A stretch of DNA of 64,000 nucleotides, from the NCBI RefSeq assembly GCF_009914755.1, contig NC_060930.1; one strand, 5' to 3'. The stretch comes from the human T2T-CHM13v2.0 reference genome, Homo sapiens. A program made the position numbers and the translations under genes. The notes below the pieces were generated by a model. The model had not been told where the DNA came from and ran no database searches. It worked only from the letters and a program-made list of their open reading frames with translations. Positions 60,691-64,000 of the stretch are shown here, piece by piece; position 1 is the stretch's first letter, and every line of letters starts with the position of its first letter.

Positions 60691-61566
60691 GAAGGAAGGG
60701 AGGGAGGGAGGGAGGGAGGGAGGGAAAGGGTAGGGAAAGGGAGGAAACAAACTAAACTCTTAACCAGAAAATCCACCAACTCCCACAAGGGCCAACCCCC
60801 GCAAGGGCCACTAAGTAGAAGTGGAATCTCATCCTGAGATTTAACATTTAAAGCCAGCATGTATGGCAAAATCTAATTCCTTCAAAATTTCTCTTGAAAA
60901 TTCCTAAATCAATCACAAACATGGGCGTCTATGTTTTTCCTTAAATGCTTCAATGTACCAGATCTTTTGACTTCTAAAGCAAGAGAATCCCCGAAATCAA
61001 AAGAAACATGAAGAATAGCCATCTGCAAAAGTTTAGGCATTCAAATGCTTCTGCCTATGAGATGGATCAAGTATAGGTTAGAAGGAGCAGTGGAGTTCTA
61101 CAGCCATCTTTGTATGTTACATATATTGTGATGTGATTATACCACATAAAGGCATCAAGTAAACTTTTTTCTGCTTTCTAACTACAAGTTCTTCAGAATT
61201 ACTTATTTGAATTCATCTATATATGATGGTTCATACATTTCCCAGAGCATCTCTCTATTATGAGAATATATTTCTTTTATGTAACATTATACTGGAATCA
61301 TGCAAAGTTAGGTCTTTAATGTCTTGATATTATTTGTACTCTGCATTGCCACTGTTAGTTCAGAGAAAAATTCTGAACTCATCTAATAACATCTCTCTAG
61401 GTAAGGTAAGCAAATGTAGAAATGGAGCTACTCTGCAAATGAGTCATTTAAAAGGGGATTTAGCTCATGATTTGACTTTTATCATGAAGAGACATTTAGA
61501 TTACATCCCTACTTAAGATACAAATTAGAGTAAACTTCCTCCACAGCATACATTTAAAGGTTTCTA

Positions 61567-61850
61567 GGCCAGGCAGAGGGCTCACACCTATTATCATAGC
61601 AATTTGAGAGTCTGAGGCAGGAGGATCACTTAAGGCCAGGCATTCAAGACCAGCCTGGGGAACACAGCAAGACTCCTGACTCTATGAAATATAAAGATAA
61701 AATTAAAAATAGCCAGTGTGGTGGTGCTCAGCTATCGTCTTAGCTACTTGGGAGGCTGAGGTGAGATTGCTTGTATCTGGGAGGCTGAGGCTGTAGTGAA
61801 CCAGTCTAGGTGACAGAGAGAGACCCTGTCAAAAGTAAAATAAATAAATA
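61567..61850 (+). mobile_element. AluJ with internal deletion in the right arm
   Basis: ggccaggcagagggctcacacct...gaggcaggaggatcac...gtgacagagagagaccctgtc. Confidence 0.88.
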
Positions 61851-61907
61851 AAAGTTTTCTAATGCTATTTTATCAAGCTGAAAATGAGAAGTCAATGGAG
61901 TGGTCTG

Positions 61908-62070
61908 AAAAAGAAAAAAAGACAGAAAGAGAGAGAGAAGAAGAAGAAGAAGAAGAAGGATGAGGAGGAGGGGGGGAGGAGGAGGGGGAGGGTGAGGAGG
62001 AAGAAGGGAGGGAAGGAGGGAGGGAGGGAGGGAGGGAGGGAGGGAGGGAGGGGAAGGGAAGGGACAGAGA
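61908..62070. repeat. Compound (GAA)n/(GGA)n/(GGGA)n polypurine tract
   Basis: Purine-rich simple repeats on the + strand. Confidence 0.9.
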
Positions 62071-62699
62071 GTCCAAAATTTTCATTGGACTTAATCAAAG
62101 ATGATTGGGACATTAAAAGATCCTACCTTACTGAGCCTACCCTGGAAGGTGTTTTTAATTTTCATATTAATTAAAAATAGGTGCTTATGGACTTTCTTTG
62201 ATTACTAAGCACTATGACTTTAAAAGAGGATAGGCTATTAAATTCTATGTAATTTATTTTTTCTACAAACAGGAAAGTGCTGAAACTCAAAGAATCTCAT
62301 GATATTATTAAAGACATTGAAAACACTTCCAAAATTTTCTTAGCGCTACAAAGGCAATTCATAATTCTTGACATAAAATCCAAGAAAAATGTTCAGGGAA
62401 GAGGAGAAGAAAAATGCAAGAGCAATAGCAGAATAATTTCTTAACTTTTAATAAACCACACTTATGCCAGGCTCTGCCTAGATTCTAACAAAGCCATGCT
62501 GAAATCAAGGTTGAGTGCACATCCATGCACATGTGAGTGTGCATGAGTGTGTGCGTATGTTTACAGTAGTACATCAGAATCTAAAAAAAGGACATGTGTG
62601 GTAGTCCTAAATAGTTTCAAATATAAACTACATTTGATTTAGAAAGGAACACACGTCTCCTGTTCCTGTATTGAGAATCTACTATAAAATGATAGGTTT

Positions 62700-62826
62700 G
62701 GCCAGGCGTGACGGCTCATGCGTGTAATCTCAGCACTTTGGGAGGCTGAGATGGGAGGACTGCTTGAAGCCAGGATTTCAAGAATAGCCTGGGAAACATA
62801 GTGAGACCCCATCTCTATTAAAAAAT
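62700..62826 (+). mobile_element. Alu left monomer (FLAM-like)
   Basis: ggccaggcgtgacggctcatg...gtgagaccccatctcta followed by an AT-rich tail; probable TSD ataaaatg[a/g]tagg. Confidence 0.85.
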
Positions 62827-63164
62827 ATATATATTTTACTAAATCAAATTTTAAAAATTAAAAATATTAAATAAAATGGTAGGTAATAACTATCATGCTA
62901 CTTGTTAGGGCAGGAATCAGTTAAAAATAGCAGTCAAGCAACTTAAAGGAAATGCATTGTTTCTAGAGACAAGATAATGACCCCAGTAACACAGTAGTAA
63001 GAATCATTGAAATTTAAGGGGTAAATCTCACAAATCTGTTTCTTATTCATATTTATGTAAAACTTGCTTCAAGTAGCAAGACTAGTATTAATAAAATTAA
63101 CAATAATCTTATTAGTTGGAGTATCACTACCAATGAGTATGGAAAGTGAAGAAATTGATATATA

Positions 63165-64000
63165 GGCCCTGGAAAATGGACGAATAAAAGCAGATGCCAT
63201 CTGTGGCACTTAAGGAGAGGAACGAAGGCAGAGAGTGAATTCAGCATCTTCCACTGAAATATCCAGGTTCTCACACTGGGACTGACTAGGCAAACAGCTC
63301 AACCCACGGAAAATGAAGAAAAGCAGGGTGGGGCGATGGCCCACTTCGGGGAGACATGAAGCCAAAGGAAGCCCCACTCCCAGCCAGGGGAAGCGGTGAG
63401 GAATTATGTAACCCTGCCCCGGGGAAACCACGCTTCTCCCGTAAATATTTGCAACCTGCAGATCAGGAGATCCCCTTGTAAGTTCAGGCTACTAGGGCCT
63501 TGGGTCCAATACACAGAGCTGTGTGATGTCCCAGCAGAGCAACCACTTAAGTACACACAGACACTCAGGAGTTTTGTATACTCTGGACCCGGGATTCCCA
63601 GGGAGGGTCACTACATACTCCTAGGAGCGGGGCTGAATACAGGGAGCCAAGCAGTGTTGTTCTGCAGGCCCCACTTCGAGGGCACTTCACAAGTTAAGAC
63701 CAACTGGCTTGGAATTCCAGCCAGACAGTGCTGACAGGCTGACAGGCTCCGTCCACCTAAGAAGGACGGAGTTCCCCAGGGAAGGGGTGGTTGCCATCTC
63801 TGTGGTTCAGTCAACTCAATTTGAATTTGAAATAGAATCCCTGGATAGACCAATGACAAATTCTGAAATTGAGGCACTAATAAATAGCCTACAAACCAAA
63901 ATAAAGCCCAGGATCAGATGGATTGACAGCTGAATTCTACCAGAGGTACAAAGAAGAGCTGGTACCATTTCTACGGAAACTAATCCAAAAAATTAAGAAG
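63165..64000 (+). mobile_element. Older primate L1: 5' UTR joined directly to mid-ORF2
   Basis: GC-rich L1 5'UTR-like sequence at 63165-63818. From 63829 the sequence reads EIESLDRPMTNSEIEALINSLQTK, homologous to ORF2 EEVESLNRPITGSEI...SLPTKKSPGPDGFTAEFYQ, with a frameshift. Confidence 0.85.

Overview
AT-rich, CpG-depleted primate (very probably human) genomic DNA lying inside the receptor tyrosine phosphatase gene PTPRK, which is transcribed on the - strand. The only credible coding sequence is one 294-bp internal exon (45555-45848) encoding the first fibronectin type III domain; from memory this is exon 7. The rest is intronic: Alus, L1 fragments, MIR/L2, MaLR LTRs, DNA-transposon relics (MADE1, MER1B) and microsatellites. 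The other tracked ORFs are chance or repeat-derived. I see no clear undescribed multi-gene system. The most interesting signals are: (i) a well-formed intronic poly(A) signal after an in-frame read-through stop just past the exon, predicting a secreted PTPRK ectodomain; (ii) two recent local copy-paste insertions, one a two-donor patchwork; (iii) inverted Alus around a symmetric, stop-free exon, which could form a circle with an endless ORF; (iv) candidate cryptic exons on both strands; and (v) structurally informative L1 insertions. Repeat subfamily names and the boundaries of old repeats are assigned by eye and are approximate.
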